Part shown: piece by piece, positions 32,372 through 42,920 of the stretch
Layout of the letters: each line of letters begins with the position of its first letter
Position numbering within the stretch: the first letter of the stretch is position 1
Assembly: GCA_020054475.1 (NCBI GenBank)
Contig: JAHWGJ010000004.1
Span: forward strand, 5,384-69,383
Reading direction: 5' to 3'
Source: Thermoplasmata archaeon
GTDB lineage: Archaea > Thermoplasmatota > E2 > DHVEG-1
Length of the DNA: 64,000 nucleotides
The notes under the pieces: generated by a model
The model's input: only the letters and a program-made list of their open reading frames with translations
Told to the model about the DNA's origin: nothing
Databases searched by the model: none
Made by a program: the position numbers and the translations under genes

Positions 32372-34018
32372 ATGGTAAATAAATATTATATTTTAACAAT
32401 AGGCATATGTTTAACATTAATAGCGGCATCTTTTAGTGGATGTGTTGAAGAAGAAGCTGAAGAAATGGTATTAATATTTGCAATGGCTGGAGATGCTGAT
32501 AAATTAGATCCTGCTGATGTAACAGATGGGGAATCAATTTCAAGAACAGATAATATTTTTGAAAGTTTAGTTGAATATACCGAAGGTGGAACTGATATTC
32601 AACCTGCTTTAGCAACCTCTTGGGAAGTCTCTAATGATGGTTTAGATATTACTTTTAACTTAAGAAAAAATGTTAAATTTCATGATGGGACAGATTTTAA
32701 TGCTGATGCCGTAGTATTTTCATTTGAGAGACAATATAACACGAGTAATCCATATCATGATTATGGGGAATGGGCTTACTGGAGTTATATGTATTATGAC
32801 ATTGACTATGTAGAAAAAATTAATGATTATAAAATAATAATTCATCTAAAAAATTCAAATGCAGCAATAATGACTAGTCTAGCTATGTTTACTGTAGCTA
32901 TTGTAAGTCCAACAAATGCAGAAAAATGGGGTGAAGATGCCTTTAAACATCCAGTTGGAACAGGACCATTTAAATTTGTTGAGTGGATAAAAGACGATCA
33001 TATAACAGTTGAAGCAAATGAAAATTATTGGCGTGCAAGACCAACATTAGATAAAATAATTTTTAGAGTTATTGAGGATCCATCAGCAAGATTATTAGCC
33101 ATCCAAGCTGGAGAAATTCATGGTATGGAATATCCAGATCCATCTAGTTTTGATTTGATAAAATCAGATTCTGATTTACAACTTCTAACTCAAGCTGGTA
33201 TGAATGTTGGATATTTAGCTATGAATACTGGCTATGGATATTATGATGAAAATGAAAATGGAGTGCAAGATTCGGATGAGAATTGGGTAGAAACTCCGGG
33301 ATATTTTGAACCACTAACTAATAAACTAGTTAGAAAAGCTATTAATTATGCAATTGATAAAAATTCAATAATTGATAATCTATATAAAGGTACAGCAATA
33401 GTAGCAAAGAATGGAATGCCACCGTTTATGCTCGGCTATAATGATGATATTGTTGATTATTCATATGATCCAGATATGGCAAAAGATTTACTTGAGGAAG
33501 CTGGATATCCAAATGGATTTAACACAACTTTATGGGTTATGCCTGTAAGTAGACCTTATATGTTTGATCCACCTAAAATCGCAGAAGCTATTCAGAGTTA
33601 TTTAGCAGATGTTAATATAAATGTTGAACTTTATCAAATAGATTGGTCGACATACCTTGAAGAAACTGAAAATGGTAATCATCCAATGTGTCTTTTAGGT
33701 TGGACCGGTGATAATGGTGATCCAGATAATTTTATGAGAGTATTATATGGGTCAGATTCAGCTTCAATTGGTACTGCTGGAAACGTAGCTTTTTACAATA
33801 ATTCATTAGTTCAAGAAAAATTCACTGCAGCATTACAATCATACGATGTAACAGAAAGAGCAAAACTCTATGAGGAAGCACAAGTTTTAATTCATGAAGA
33901 TGCACCCTTCGTATATTTAGCTCATGCTACACAGAATATGGTTTTCTTATCAAATGTAAAGGGTTATGTTTTAAATCCAACTGAAAGAAAATTCTTCTAT
34001 CCCGTGGAAATTGAATAA
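32372..34018 (+). CDS. ABC transporter substrate-binding protein, family 5 (oligopeptide/dipeptide/nickel type), lipobox-like SGC
   Basis: Signal peptide plus SGCVEE. Family-5 SBP blocks (ATSWEVS, HDGT, NENYW). 548 aa. Confidence 0.8.
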   Translation: MVNKYYILTIGICLTLIAASFSGCVEEEAEEMVLIFAMAGDADKLDPADVTDGESISRTDNIFESLVEYTEGGTDIQPALATSWEVSNDGLDITFNLRKNVKFHDGTDFNADAVVFSFERQYNTSNPYHDYGEWAYWSYMYYDIDYVEKINDYKIIIHLKNSNAAIMTSLAMFTVAIVSPTNAEKWGEDAFKHPVGTGPFKFVEWIKDDHITVEANENYWRARPTLDKIIFRVIEDPSARLLAIQAGEIHGMEYPDPSSFDLIKSDSDLQLLTQAGMNVGYLAMNTGYGYYDENENGVQDSDENWVETPGYFEPLTNKLVRKAINYAIDKNSIIDNLYKGTAIVAKNGMPPFMLGYNDDIVDYSYDPDMAKDLLEEAGYPNGFNTTLWVMPVSRPYMFDPPKIAEAIQSYLADVNINVELYQIDWSTYLEETENGNHPMCLLGWTGDNGDPDNFMRVLYGSDSASIGTAGNVAFYNNSLVQEKFTAALQSYDVTERAKLYEEAQVLIHEDAPFVYLAHATQNMVFLSNVKGYVLNPTERKFFYPVEIE

Positions 34019-34091
34019 AAGTTCAATATATACTGACCAACTCATATGCATTAAATAAAGACATTATGTTAATTTTAAGTGTAGATTATAG

Positions 34092-35096
34092 ATGAAATGG
34101 TATATAATAAAGAGGTTAATTCAACTTATTCCAGTAATAATTGGAGTTACGATAATAGCATTTTCATTAATTCAGCTTGCACCAGGAGATCCTGCCAGGA
34201 CAATGCTCGGTCAACATGCTACACAACAAGAGATTAATGAAATTAGAGAAAAATATGGTTTAGATGAACCCATATATGTTCAATATGCTATCTGGCTAAA
34301 TGGAGTATTACACGGTGATTTAGGGCGATCAATTTTAACAAGAGAATTAGTTGTAATTGAAATCTCTGAGAGATTTCCAAATACGATAGAACTTGCAATT
34401 GCAGCAATGATTTTTGCAATAATTATTGGTGGTTTAGCCGGTATAATATCAGCGTCAAAACAGTATTCAATTACTGATTACACTGTAATGGGTATCGCAC
34501 TTTTTGGTATATCAATGCCTGTTTTTTGGCTTGGAATTATGTTAATGTTGATATTTGGTGTAATTCTAGGTTGGCTCCCAATTGGTGGGAGAATTGATCT
34601 AATAATACCATTCCAACGAGTAACCGGATTTATGGTTTTAGATAGTATAATTACTGGAAATTTTAATGCATTAATTAGTATATTAAAACATTTAATTCTT
34701 CCTGCAATAGCTTTAGGTACTATACCTATGGCTATAATAGCTAGGGTTACACGTTCAAGTATGCTTGAAGTACTAAGGCAAGATTTTATTCGAACTGAAC
34801 GTGCAAAAGGATTATCTGAAAGAGTGGTTATATATAAGCATGCTTTAAGAAATGCAATGGTGCCAGTTGTAACTGTTATTGGATTAAATTTTGGTTTACT
34901 ACTTTCAGGGGCAATTTTAACAGAAACTGTTTTTTCTTGGCCTGGTTTAGGTAGACTTGTTGTAAACGCAGTATATCAGCGTGATTATCCACTTGTTGTG
35001 GGTTGTATTTTAATTTTTGCAATAGTATTTGTTATTGTCAATTTAATTACAGATATTTTATATACATTTATAGATCCAAGAATAAAATATGAATAG
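34092..35096 (+). CDS. ABC transporter permease (DppB/OppB-like)
   Basis: N-terminal YIIKRL...IPVIIGVT. EAA-like loop RTERAKGLSERVVIYKHALRNA. Confidence 0.85.
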   Translation: MKWYIIKRLIQLIPVIIGVTIIAFSLIQLAPGDPARTMLGQHATQQEINEIREKYGLDEPIYVQYAIWLNGVLHGDLGRSILTRELVVIEISERFPNTIELAIAAMIFAIIIGGLAGIISASKQYSITDYTVMGIALFGISMPVFWLGIMLMLIFGVILGWLPIGGRIDLIIPFQRVTGFMVLDSIITGNFNALISILKHLILPAIALGTIPMAIIARVTRSSMLEVLRQDFIRTERAKGLSERVVIYKHALRNAMVPVVTVIGLNFGLLLSGAILTETVFSWPGLGRLVVNAVYQRDYPLVVGCILIFAIVFVIVNLITDILYTFIDPRIKYE

Positions 35097-35103
35097 GTAG
35101 AAA

Positions 35104-35985
35104 ATGATAAGAGAACGAGAAACAAAAACTCAAGAATTAATTAGAAGATTCAAATATAACAAATCTGCTGTTTTTGGATTAATATTAATTTTATTTCTTG
35201 TTTTTATAGCAATTTTTGCTGATTTTATTGCTCCAAATGATCCAACACCTTCGCCTCCAGAATTGGAAAATAGTTTAAAACCTGGTTTTTGGAGTAATGA
35301 AGGTTTAGAAGGGTATCCCCTTGGAACGGATATGCTTGGAAGATGTATCTTAAGTAGAATTATTTTTGGGGCAAGAATCAGTCTAACTGTAGGTTTTATT
35401 GCAGTTGGAATCGCATCAATACTTGGAATAATTATTGGAGTTACGGCAGGTTATTTTGGTAAATGGATTGATAGTTTATTAATGAGAATCGTTGATATAA
35501 TTTTTTCATTTCCAGCTCTACTGCTTGCAATAGTTATTGTGGCTACTATAGGACAAGGACTTGATAAAGCTATGATAGCTATTGGAATAGTTTATTCTCC
35601 ACAGATGGCAAGAATAATGAGAGGTTCAGTATTGTATATCAAAGAAATGGAGTATATTGAGGCTCAAAAAGCAATTGGATCAAAAAATTTAAGAATTATT
35701 TTTCGTCATGTTATACCTAATAGCTTGGCACCTGTAATAGTATATGGTACGCTTATGATGGCAAGTGCAATTTTAGATGCTGCAGCTTTAGGTTTTTTGG
35801 GATTAGGCGCTCAACCACCAACTCCAGAATGGGGTGCAATGCTGTCTGAAAGCAGACTTTACATTGTTAGTGGGGCTTGGTGGGCAGCAACGTTTCCTGG
35901 AATAGCAATAATATTAGCAGTATTAGGTTTAAATCTATTAGGGGATGGTTTACGAGATATCTTAGATCCAAGACTTAAAACATAG
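35104..35985 (+). CDS. ABC transporter permease (DppC/OppC-like)
   Basis: Six TM helices. EAA loop EAQKAIGSKNLRIIFRHVIPN. Confidence 0.85.
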   Translation: MIRERETKTQELIRRFKYNKSAVFGLILILFLVFIAIFADFIAPNDPTPSPPELENSLKPGFWSNEGLEGYPLGTDMLGRCILSRIIFGARISLTVGFIAVGIASILGIIIGVTAGYFGKWIDSLLMRIVDIIFSFPALLLAIVIVATIGQGLDKAMIAIGIVYSPQMARIMRGSVLYIKEMEYIEAQKAIGSKNLRIIFRHVIPNSLAPVIVYGTLMMASAILDAAALGFLGLGAQPPTPEWGAMLSESRLYIVSGAWWAATFPGIAIILAVLGLNLLGDGLRDILDPRLKT

Positions 35986-35986
35986 G

Positions 35987-36970
35987 ATGAAAAATATGAT
36001 AGAATTACTTAAAATCGAAGATCTTAAAACATACTTCTATACATATGAAGGAATAGTAAAAGCTGTAAATGGAATTAGTTTAAAAATAAATAAAGGTGAA
36101 ACTCTTGGACTTGTTGGAGAATCAGGTTGTGGAAAAAGTATAACAGCTTTATCTATATTGAGATTGATTCCAAGCCCTCCAGGTAAGATTGTAAATGGAA
36201 ATATTATTTTTGAAGGTAAAAACCTATTAGAATTAAATGATGAAGAAATGAGGAAAATAAGAGGAAAAAAAATATCCATGATATTTCAAGAACCAATGAC
36301 TTCATTAGATCCAATGTTTACAATTGGTCAGGAAATAATTGAAGTAATAAAACTTCATCAAGGATTAAAAAATGAGGAAGCAAGGAAAAAAGCAATAGAA
36401 TCTCTTAAAGCCGTTGGTTTTCCAGATCCTGAAGAACGAATAGATAATTATCCACATGAATTATCGGGGGGAATGAGACAAAGAGCTATGATTGCAATGG
36501 CATTATCATGTAATCCAGCTTTACTTATTGCAGATGAACCTACAACAGCTTTAGATGTAACTATTCAAGCTCAGATATTAAAATTGATTGATAAATTAAA
36601 AGAAAATTTTGATACTTCAATATTATTAATAACCCATGATCTTGGTGTTATTGCTGAAACTTGTGATAATGTAGCATTAATGTATGCAGGATATATTGTA
36701 GAATCTACTGATGTTCATAGTTTTTTTAAAAATCCCTTACATCCATATGCACAAGGATTATTAAAATCAATACCACGTCTTGATCTAAAAGTTAAAAAAT
36801 TAGATATTATAAAAGGAATTGTACCAAATTTATTAGATACTCCAAAAGGATGTCCATTTAACCCTAGATGCGAATATTGTTTTGAAAAATGTACAAAAAA
36901 ACTTCCAGAATTGATTGAAATCGAAAAAAATCATTTAGTTAGATGTTGGTTATTTGGAGATAAAAAATAA
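35987..36970 (+). CDS. ABC transporter ATP-binding protein (DppD/OppD-like)
   Basis: Walker A GESGCGKS. Signature LSGGMRQR. Walker B LLIADEPTTALD. C-terminal CxxC pair. Confidence 0.85.
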   Translation: MKNMIELLKIEDLKTYFYTYEGIVKAVNGISLKINKGETLGLVGESGCGKSITALSILRLIPSPPGKIVNGNIIFEGKNLLELNDEEMRKIRGKKISMIFQEPMTSLDPMFTIGQEIIEVIKLHQGLKNEEARKKAIESLKAVGFPDPEERIDNYPHELSGGMRQRAMIAMALSCNPALLIADEPTTALDVTIQAQILKLIDKLKENFDTSILLITHDLGVIAETCDNVALMYAGYIVESTDVHSFFKNPLHPYAQGLLKSIPRLDLKVKKLDIIKGIVPNLLDTPKGCPFNPRCEYCFEKCTKKLPELIEIEKNHLVRCWLFGDKK

Positions 36971-37936
36971 ATGGATAAACTAGTCGAAATTAAAAATTTA
37001 AAGAAATACTTCTGGATTGAACAAGGACCTTTTAAGAAAAAACTTCCTGTAAAAGCAATTGATAATATTAATTTATATATAAAAAATAGAGAAATACTTG
37101 GGCTTGTTGGAGAATCAGGATGTGGAAAAACAACAGTCGGTAAAGTAATATTAAGAATTCTTGATCCAACTGATGGTAAAATTATATTTGAAAATAAAGA
37201 CATAACTAAATTAAAACAAAACGAAATGTTCGAGTATAGAAAAAAAATGATGATTATATATCAAGATCCTTTTGGTTCTCTTGATCCAAGAATGAAAATA
37301 GGTTCTACAATTGCTGAACCAATGGAGGTACATAAATTATTTTCAAAAAATGAAAAAGAGGAAAAAGAAAATAGAATAGTTGAACTTATGGAGAAGGTAG
37401 GATTAACAGATGATCAAATTAATAGATATCCGCATGAATTTAGCGGGGGACAAAGACAGAGAATTGGTATTGCAAGAGCCTTAGCAACAAATCCAATATT
37501 TATTGTGGCTGATGAACCAGTATCTGCATTAGACGTTTCAATTCAAGCTCAAATAATCAATTTATTAAAAGATTTGCAGAAGGAATTTGGATTAACACTT
37601 CTTTTTATAACTCATGATTTAAGTGTTATTAAACATATAAGTGATAGAGTTGCTGTAATGTATGCTGGAAAAATTGTTGAATTAGCTCCAACAAAAAAAT
37701 TATTTAAAAAACAATATCATCCATATACCGAGGCATTACTATCAGCAATTCCAATACCAAATCCAGATAAAGAAATTAAACCAAAACTTTTAGAAGGGGA
37801 GGTACCAAGTTTAATTAATCCACCAGAGGGTTGTAGATTTCATCCAAGATGTAATAAATGTAAAAAAATTTGCACAAAAATTGAACCAGAATTGAAAGAA
37901 ATATCCAAGGAACATTTTGTTGCATGTAATTTATAA
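36971..37936 (+). CDS. ABC transporter ATP-binding protein (DppF/OppF-like)
   Basis: Walker A GESGCGKT. FSGGQRQR. IFIVADEPVSALD. Confidence 0.85.
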   Translation: MDKLVEIKNLKKYFWIEQGPFKKKLPVKAIDNINLYIKNREILGLVGESGCGKTTVGKVILRILDPTDGKIIFENKDITKLKQNEMFEYRKKMMIIYQDPFGSLDPRMKIGSTIAEPMEVHKLFSKNEKEEKENRIVELMEKVGLTDDQINRYPHEFSGGQRQRIGIARALATNPIFIVADEPVSALDVSIQAQIINLLKDLQKEFGLTLLFITHDLSVIKHISDRVAVMYAGKIVELAPTKKLFKKQYHPYTEALLSAIPIPNPDKEIKPKLLEGEVPSLINPPEGCRFHPRCNKCKKICTKIEPELKEISKEHFVACNL

Positions 37937-38067
37937 TCGATTTAACAATGTTTGATAGTAATAAATTTTTTATAATAATTATTTTTTAAAATATCTACTA
38001 AATCAAAAAGTTTATTATATTCTATTATATTTTAAATTTCAATTTTGGTGGAAAGAGGAGAAAAAAA

Positions 38068-39705
38068 ATGAATAAAAAGTTTTGTATATTAGCTATAGGC
38101 ATTTGTTTATCAATGACACTAACGGCTTTTAGTGGATGTGTTGAAGAATCTACAAAAATTGAACTCAAAAATCCTGATACTTTAGTATACTACACTTTTG
38201 GTGATGCAAAAACACTTGATCCGGCTGATGCGTATGATTCAGCTTCTGCAGAAGGAATATTTTCAATTTATGAGGGATTAATAACATATAAGGGTGATGA
38301 TTTAGATACTTTTTATCCATCATTAGCAACAAGCTGGGATGTGTCTGAAGATTCAAAAACATGGACTTTCAATTTGCGAGAAGGAGTTAAATTTTCCAAT
38401 GGTAATGATTTTACTGCAGAGGATGTAAAATATTCATTTGATAGAGTTCTAACTATGAACTCCCCAGAATCCGGTGTTGCTTGGATTTTACAACAAAGTA
38501 TGGATTTAGACAGCACTAAGATAATCGATGATTATACTATTGAAATTAATTTAATTGAACCATATGGTGGATTTTTATCTACTATAGCATATACAGTCGG
38601 TTTTATTGTGGACAAAGATTATGTTGAAGAACATGGCGGCATTGTTGCAGATACTGAAAATGAATATCTTAAATTAAACCCTATTGGAACCGGCCCATAT
38701 ATGGTAGATCATTGGACAAGAAATACCGAGTTAGTTTTAGTTCAAAATCCTGATTATTGGGGTGGCTGGGATGGAAAACATGTTAAAAAAGTTGTAATTA
38801 AATATGCTAACGAAGCAGCAACAAGAATCTTAGCCTTAAAAAATGGTGATGCTGATATAGCAGTAATACCAAATGAGAATCTAGAGGATGTTGAAGATGA
38901 TGAAGGCATTATAGTTATCGCCTATGATAGTTTTGACTTGGTAATGGCAGAAATGAATACTTTATCAGATAATTCAATGTATTTAGCGAATCCTGAGGTG
39001 AGAAGAGCACTTTGTTATGCTTTTAATTATCAATCTGCAATTGATGATGCATATGTTGGATATATGAGTAGGGTAGCTGGAGCAATTCCAAATGGTATGC
39101 CATATTATGATTCACAGAATAATGGAGTTCCAGTATATGATTATGATCTTGAAGAAGCTGAACAGATATTAGATGAAGCAGGATTCACATTAAACGAAGA
39201 TGATCAAAGATTTGATGGGGCAACAATAAGGATATTTTATAACGCTGGAAATACTGAAAGATATAAGATGGCTTTATCATTCCAAGAAGAATTAAATAAG
39301 ATAGGTATTCTTTCTTCAGTAATTGCTGAAAATTGGCCTCAACTATTACATCGAATGTATACAACAGCAGATTGGGATTTAATATTTATTGGATGGGGTC
39401 CAGATTATAATGATCCTGATGACTATGTATTCCCATTTGTTGCATCATCAGATGTTAATGGCGATACTTTTAATACGGGATATAAAAATGAATCAGTTGA
39501 TGAATATCTACTAGAAGGAAAATATTCAGCAGATCCAAATGTTCGTGAGAATGCATACAAAAATGCTTTTGATATTTATATTCAAGATCCATCTATGATT
39601 TACATTGGACAAAGACAGTTCATAAGACCAAAAAGAGATTGGGTTCAAGGATACTATTATAACCCTGTAAGAGATTGGTATTGGTACGACTATTACAAAG
39701 AATAA
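38068..39705 (+). CDS. ABC transporter substrate-binding protein, family 5 (paralog of 32372..34018)
   Basis: Same leader and signal (ILAIGICLSMTLTAFSGCVEE). SBP_bac_5-like blocks. Confidence 0.8.
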   Translation: MNKKFCILAIGICLSMTLTAFSGCVEESTKIELKNPDTLVYYTFGDAKTLDPADAYDSASAEGIFSIYEGLITYKGDDLDTFYPSLATSWDVSEDSKTWTFNLREGVKFSNGNDFTAEDVKYSFDRVLTMNSPESGVAWILQQSMDLDSTKIIDDYTIEINLIEPYGGFLSTIAYTVGFIVDKDYVEEHGGIVADTENEYLKLNPIGTGPYMVDHWTRNTELVLVQNPDYWGGWDGKHVKKVVIKYANEAATRILALKNGDADIAVIPNENLEDVEDDEGIIVIAYDSFDLVMAEMNTLSDNSMYLANPEVRRALCYAFNYQSAIDDAYVGYMSRVAGAIPNGMPYYDSQNNGVPVYDYDLEEAEQILDEAGFTLNEDDQRFDGATIRIFYNAGNTERYKMALSFQEELNKIGILSSVIAENWPQLLHRMYTTADWDLIFIGWGPDYNDPDDYVFPFVASSDVNGDTFNTGYKNESVDEYLLEGKYSADPNVRENAYKNAFDIYIQDPSMIYIGQRQFIRPKRDWVQGYYYNPVRDWYWYDYYKE

Positions 39706-39869
39706 GGATGATAACGTCATCCTTTTCTCTTTCTTATTTATTAAAATTAAATTAATAAATATTGTTTAAAATATTGTATAAATAAAAGGATAAAATATTA
39801 AAATAATATCTACAACGAAATTTAAATTGGAATTAATTCAACATTACTTATAATTTAAATGGAGATAAT

Positions 39870-40892
39870 ATGAAAACATGGGAATACATAGTAAGAAGAT
39901 TGCTATTACTTATCCCTGTTTTGATAGGAGTAACAATTATTACATTTGTAATATCTCATGTTATACCTGCCGATCCAGCTATAGCTTTTGCTGGAGGGCC
40001 AAAAGCTCAACCTGAAACCATAGAAAGAATAAGAGAAGAACTACATTTAAATGAACCGTTATTGGTTCAATATTTCTACTATTTAAATGATTTACTTCAT
40101 TTAAACTTTGGAAAATCATATTTAGAAAGTAGACCAGTCCTTGAAAGTATAACACAATACTTTCCAGCAACTTTTGAATTAACAATTTTTGCTATGCTTA
40201 TTTCTGTACCTTTAGGAATTCTGGGTGGAATTATTTCTGCAATAAGAAGAAATAAACTTTCAGATCATATAACTAGAATAATTGCAATATTAGGTTATTC
40301 AATGCCAATTTTTTGGCTAGCACTTATGCTTCAATACCTATTAGCATATCAATTTCCAATTTTACCTTTAGAGGGAAGACTATCAATAGGTCTTATTGCA
40401 CCACAATCCATTACAGGTTTATATGTGATAGATAGCATTTTAACAGGCAATATAAATACTTTATCTGCATCTTTATATCATCTTATTTTACCTTCTTTCA
40501 CACTTGGTTTTGCTACAATGGCTTTACTTCTAAGGATGACAAGATCAAGTATGCTTGAAGTAATGGGTATGGATTATGTTAGAACTGCTAGAGCAAAAGG
40601 TCTATCAGAAAGAGTAGTAATAATGAAACATGCACTCAGAAATGCTTTAATTCCAACAATAACAGTTTCAGGTCTTCAATTCGGAGCATTACTTGGAGGT
40701 GCGGTTCTTACCGAATCAATTTTTAATTGGCCAGGTATGGGCAGATTTGCCGCAAATGCTGTAATGGGACTTGATTTCAATTCTGTAATGGGCTTTACAA
40801 TTATTGTTGCAATAATTTATGTTATAGCAAATCTAATTGTTGATTTATTATATGCAGTTATCGACCCAAGAGTCAAATTAGGAGGAGAATGA
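39870..40892 (+). CDS. ABC transporter permease (DppB-like paralog)
   Basis: RTARAKGLSERVVIMKHALRNA loop. Confidence 0.85.
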   Translation: MKTWEYIVRRLLLLIPVLIGVTIITFVISHVIPADPAIAFAGGPKAQPETIERIREELHLNEPLLVQYFYYLNDLLHLNFGKSYLESRPVLESITQYFPATFELTIFAMLISVPLGILGGIISAIRRNKLSDHITRIIAILGYSMPIFWLALMLQYLLAYQFPILPLEGRLSIGLIAPQSITGLYVIDSILTGNINTLSASLYHLILPSFTLGFATMALLLRMTRSSMLEVMGMDYVRTARAKGLSERVVIMKHALRNALIPTITVSGLQFGALLGGAVLTESIFNWPGMGRFAANAVMGLDFNSVMGFTIIVAIIYVIANLIVDLLYAVIDPRVKLGGE

Positions 40893-40962
40893 TATATTTA
40901 AGATAAAAAAAATAGATGAATTTCTTAAAAAAAATGAATCAAGAATTAAAGATCTAAAATAT

Positions 40963-41835
40963 ATGCTTCATCTTTTTAGACGAAGTTTATTATCAATGAT
41001 AGGTCTTATTCTTATTCTATTCATCATATTTATTGCAATTTTTGCTCCGTATTTAGCTATACAACATCCAACTTATGTTGAAGTTTCAACCGAACAAGGT
41101 ACAAGACGAATTGAAGAAAGATGGGATATCAATTTTCAAGATAAATTTATTCCACCAAATTCAGAGCACTATTTTGGCACTGATGATTTTGGAAGGGATA
41201 TATATAGCATGGTAATTTATGGAACTCAGATATCATTGAAAATATGTTTAATGGTAGTATTTTCTGCAACAATAATCGGAATTATCTTAGGAGGAATTGC
41301 TGGATATTTCGGCGGTAAAATTGATGAAATACTAATGAGAGTAACAGATGTTTTTTTGTCTATACCTTATCTAATTTTAGCAATAGCTGTAGCAGCTGCA
41401 TTAGGTAGAAGTATAGAAAATATAATGATGGCATTAGTATTAGTTTGGTGGCCTCAATATGCTCGTTTATTAAGAGGACAAGTACTTTCAATCAGAGAAA
41501 ATCAATATGTAGAAGCAGCTCGTAGTATAGGGGCAAATAATTGGAGAATTTTATTCAGACATGTAATTCCAAACTCATTTGCACCATTATTAGTTCAAAT
41601 AACATTAGATTTAGGAGCCGTTTTACTTGTAGCAGCAGGATTAAGTTTCATAGGTCTAGGTGCCCCACCGGGAACTGCTGAATGGGGATTAATGATATCC
41701 TCCGGGAGAATGCATATGTTCCATTCATGGTGGTATGCAACTTTTCCAGGATTGGCAATTGTAATAACTGTTTTAGGTTTTAACTTATTAGGAGATGGAA
41801 TAAGAGACATAACAGATCCAAAATTAAGAAGGTGA
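40963..41835 (+). CDS. ABC transporter permease (DppC-like paralog)
   Basis: EAARSIGANNWRILFRHVIPN loop. Confidence 0.85.
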   Translation: MLHLFRRSLLSMIGLILILFIIFIAIFAPYLAIQHPTYVEVSTEQGTRRIEERWDINFQDKFIPPNSEHYFGTDDFGRDIYSMVIYGTQISLKICLMVVFSATIIGIILGGIAGYFGGKIDEILMRVTDVFLSIPYLILAIAVAAALGRSIENIMMALVLVWWPQYARLLRGQVLSIRENQYVEAARSIGANNWRILFRHVIPNSFAPLLVQITLDLGAVLLVAAGLSFIGLGAPPGTAEWGLMISSGRMHMFHSWWYATFPGLAIVITVLGFNLLGDGIRDITDPKLRR

Positions 41836-41839
41836 TTAA

Positions 41840-42910
41840 ACGAAGGAAAAACCATTAATATCAATAAAAAATCTTAAAACATATTTTTACACCTATGAAG
41901 GAGTAGTTAAAGCATTAGAGGATACAAATTTTGAAATATATAATGGAGAAACCTTTGGATTAATTGGGGAAACAGGATGCGGAAAAAGTGTAACAGCTTT
42001 GTCTGTTATGAGATTAATTCCCGACCCACCTGGAAAAATTATTGATGGTGAAATAAAATTCAAAGATGAAGACTTAATAAAAAAAACTGATTTAGAGTTG
42101 CAAAATATTAGAGGAAATGAAATATCAATGATATTTCAGGAACCCATGACAGCATTAAATCCTGTATTTAAAATCGGAGACCAAATTGCAGAAGTAATCA
42201 TTCTTCATGAATCAAACCCTAAATTAAATAATAAAAATTACAGGTTTTATAATAAAAGAAAAATTAGAAAGAAAATGGAAAAACAAGCATTTGAAAAAGC
42301 AATTGAAGCATTGAAAATGGTAAATATTCCGGATGCAGAAAAAGTTGCAAATCAATATCCACATGAATGTAGTGGAGGAATGCGACAAAGAGCTATGATT
42401 GCAATGATGCTTGCTTGTGATCCAGATCTATTGATTGCTGATGAACCAACAACTGCTCTTGATGTAACAGTTCAGGCACAAATATTAGCTTTAATGAAGG
42501 ACCTTCAAAAACGAAAAGGAACAGCGATCTGGTTAATAACACATAATTTGGGAATAATTGCTGAAATGTGTGATCGAGTAGGAGTAATGTATGCTGGATA
42601 CATTGTTGAAATGGGTTCAACCGAATTAATATTTGATAACCCTGATCATCCATATACAAGAGGATTAATAGGTTCTATACCAAAAATTACAGAAGATATT
42701 GATGAATTAGAGATTATTCCAGGTAATGTCCCTAATTTAATTGAACCACCATCAGGATGTAGATTTCATCCAAGATGTAAATTTTGCAAACAAATTTGTA
42801 AAGAAAAACCACCCGAATTAATTGAAGTTGAAAAAAACCATTATGTTGCTTGCCATAGATATAAAGAAGTAAAATATTCTGAGCTAGTAGATTTTCTAAA
42901 AAAAAAATAG
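41840..42910 (+). CDS. ABC transporter ATP-binding protein (DppD-like paralog). No canonical start codon upstream of the Walker A motif.
   Basis: Open frame from 41840, after TAA at 41837-39. It encodes KPLISIKNLKTYFYTYEGVV...GETGCGKS. The first ATG (41999) lies after the P-loop. Confidence 0.6.
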   Translation, partial: TKEKPLISIKNLKTYFYTYEGVVKALEDTNFEIYNGETFGLIGETGCGKSVTALSVMRLIPDPPGKIIDGEIKFKDEDLIKKTDLELQNIRGNEISMIFQEPMTALNPVFKIGDQIAEVIILHESNPKLNNKNYRFYNKRKIRKKMEKQAFEKAIEALKMVNIPDAEKVANQYPHECSGGMRQRAMIAMMLACDPDLLIADEPTTALDVTVQAQILALMKDLQKRKGTAIWLITHNLGIIAEMCDRVGVMYAGYIVEMGSTELIFDNPDHPYTRGLIGSIPKITEDIDELEIIPGNVPNLIEPPSGCRFHPRCKFCKQICKEKPPELIEVEKNHYVACHRYKEVKYSELVDFLKKK

Positions 42911-42920
42911 TGGTAAAAAG

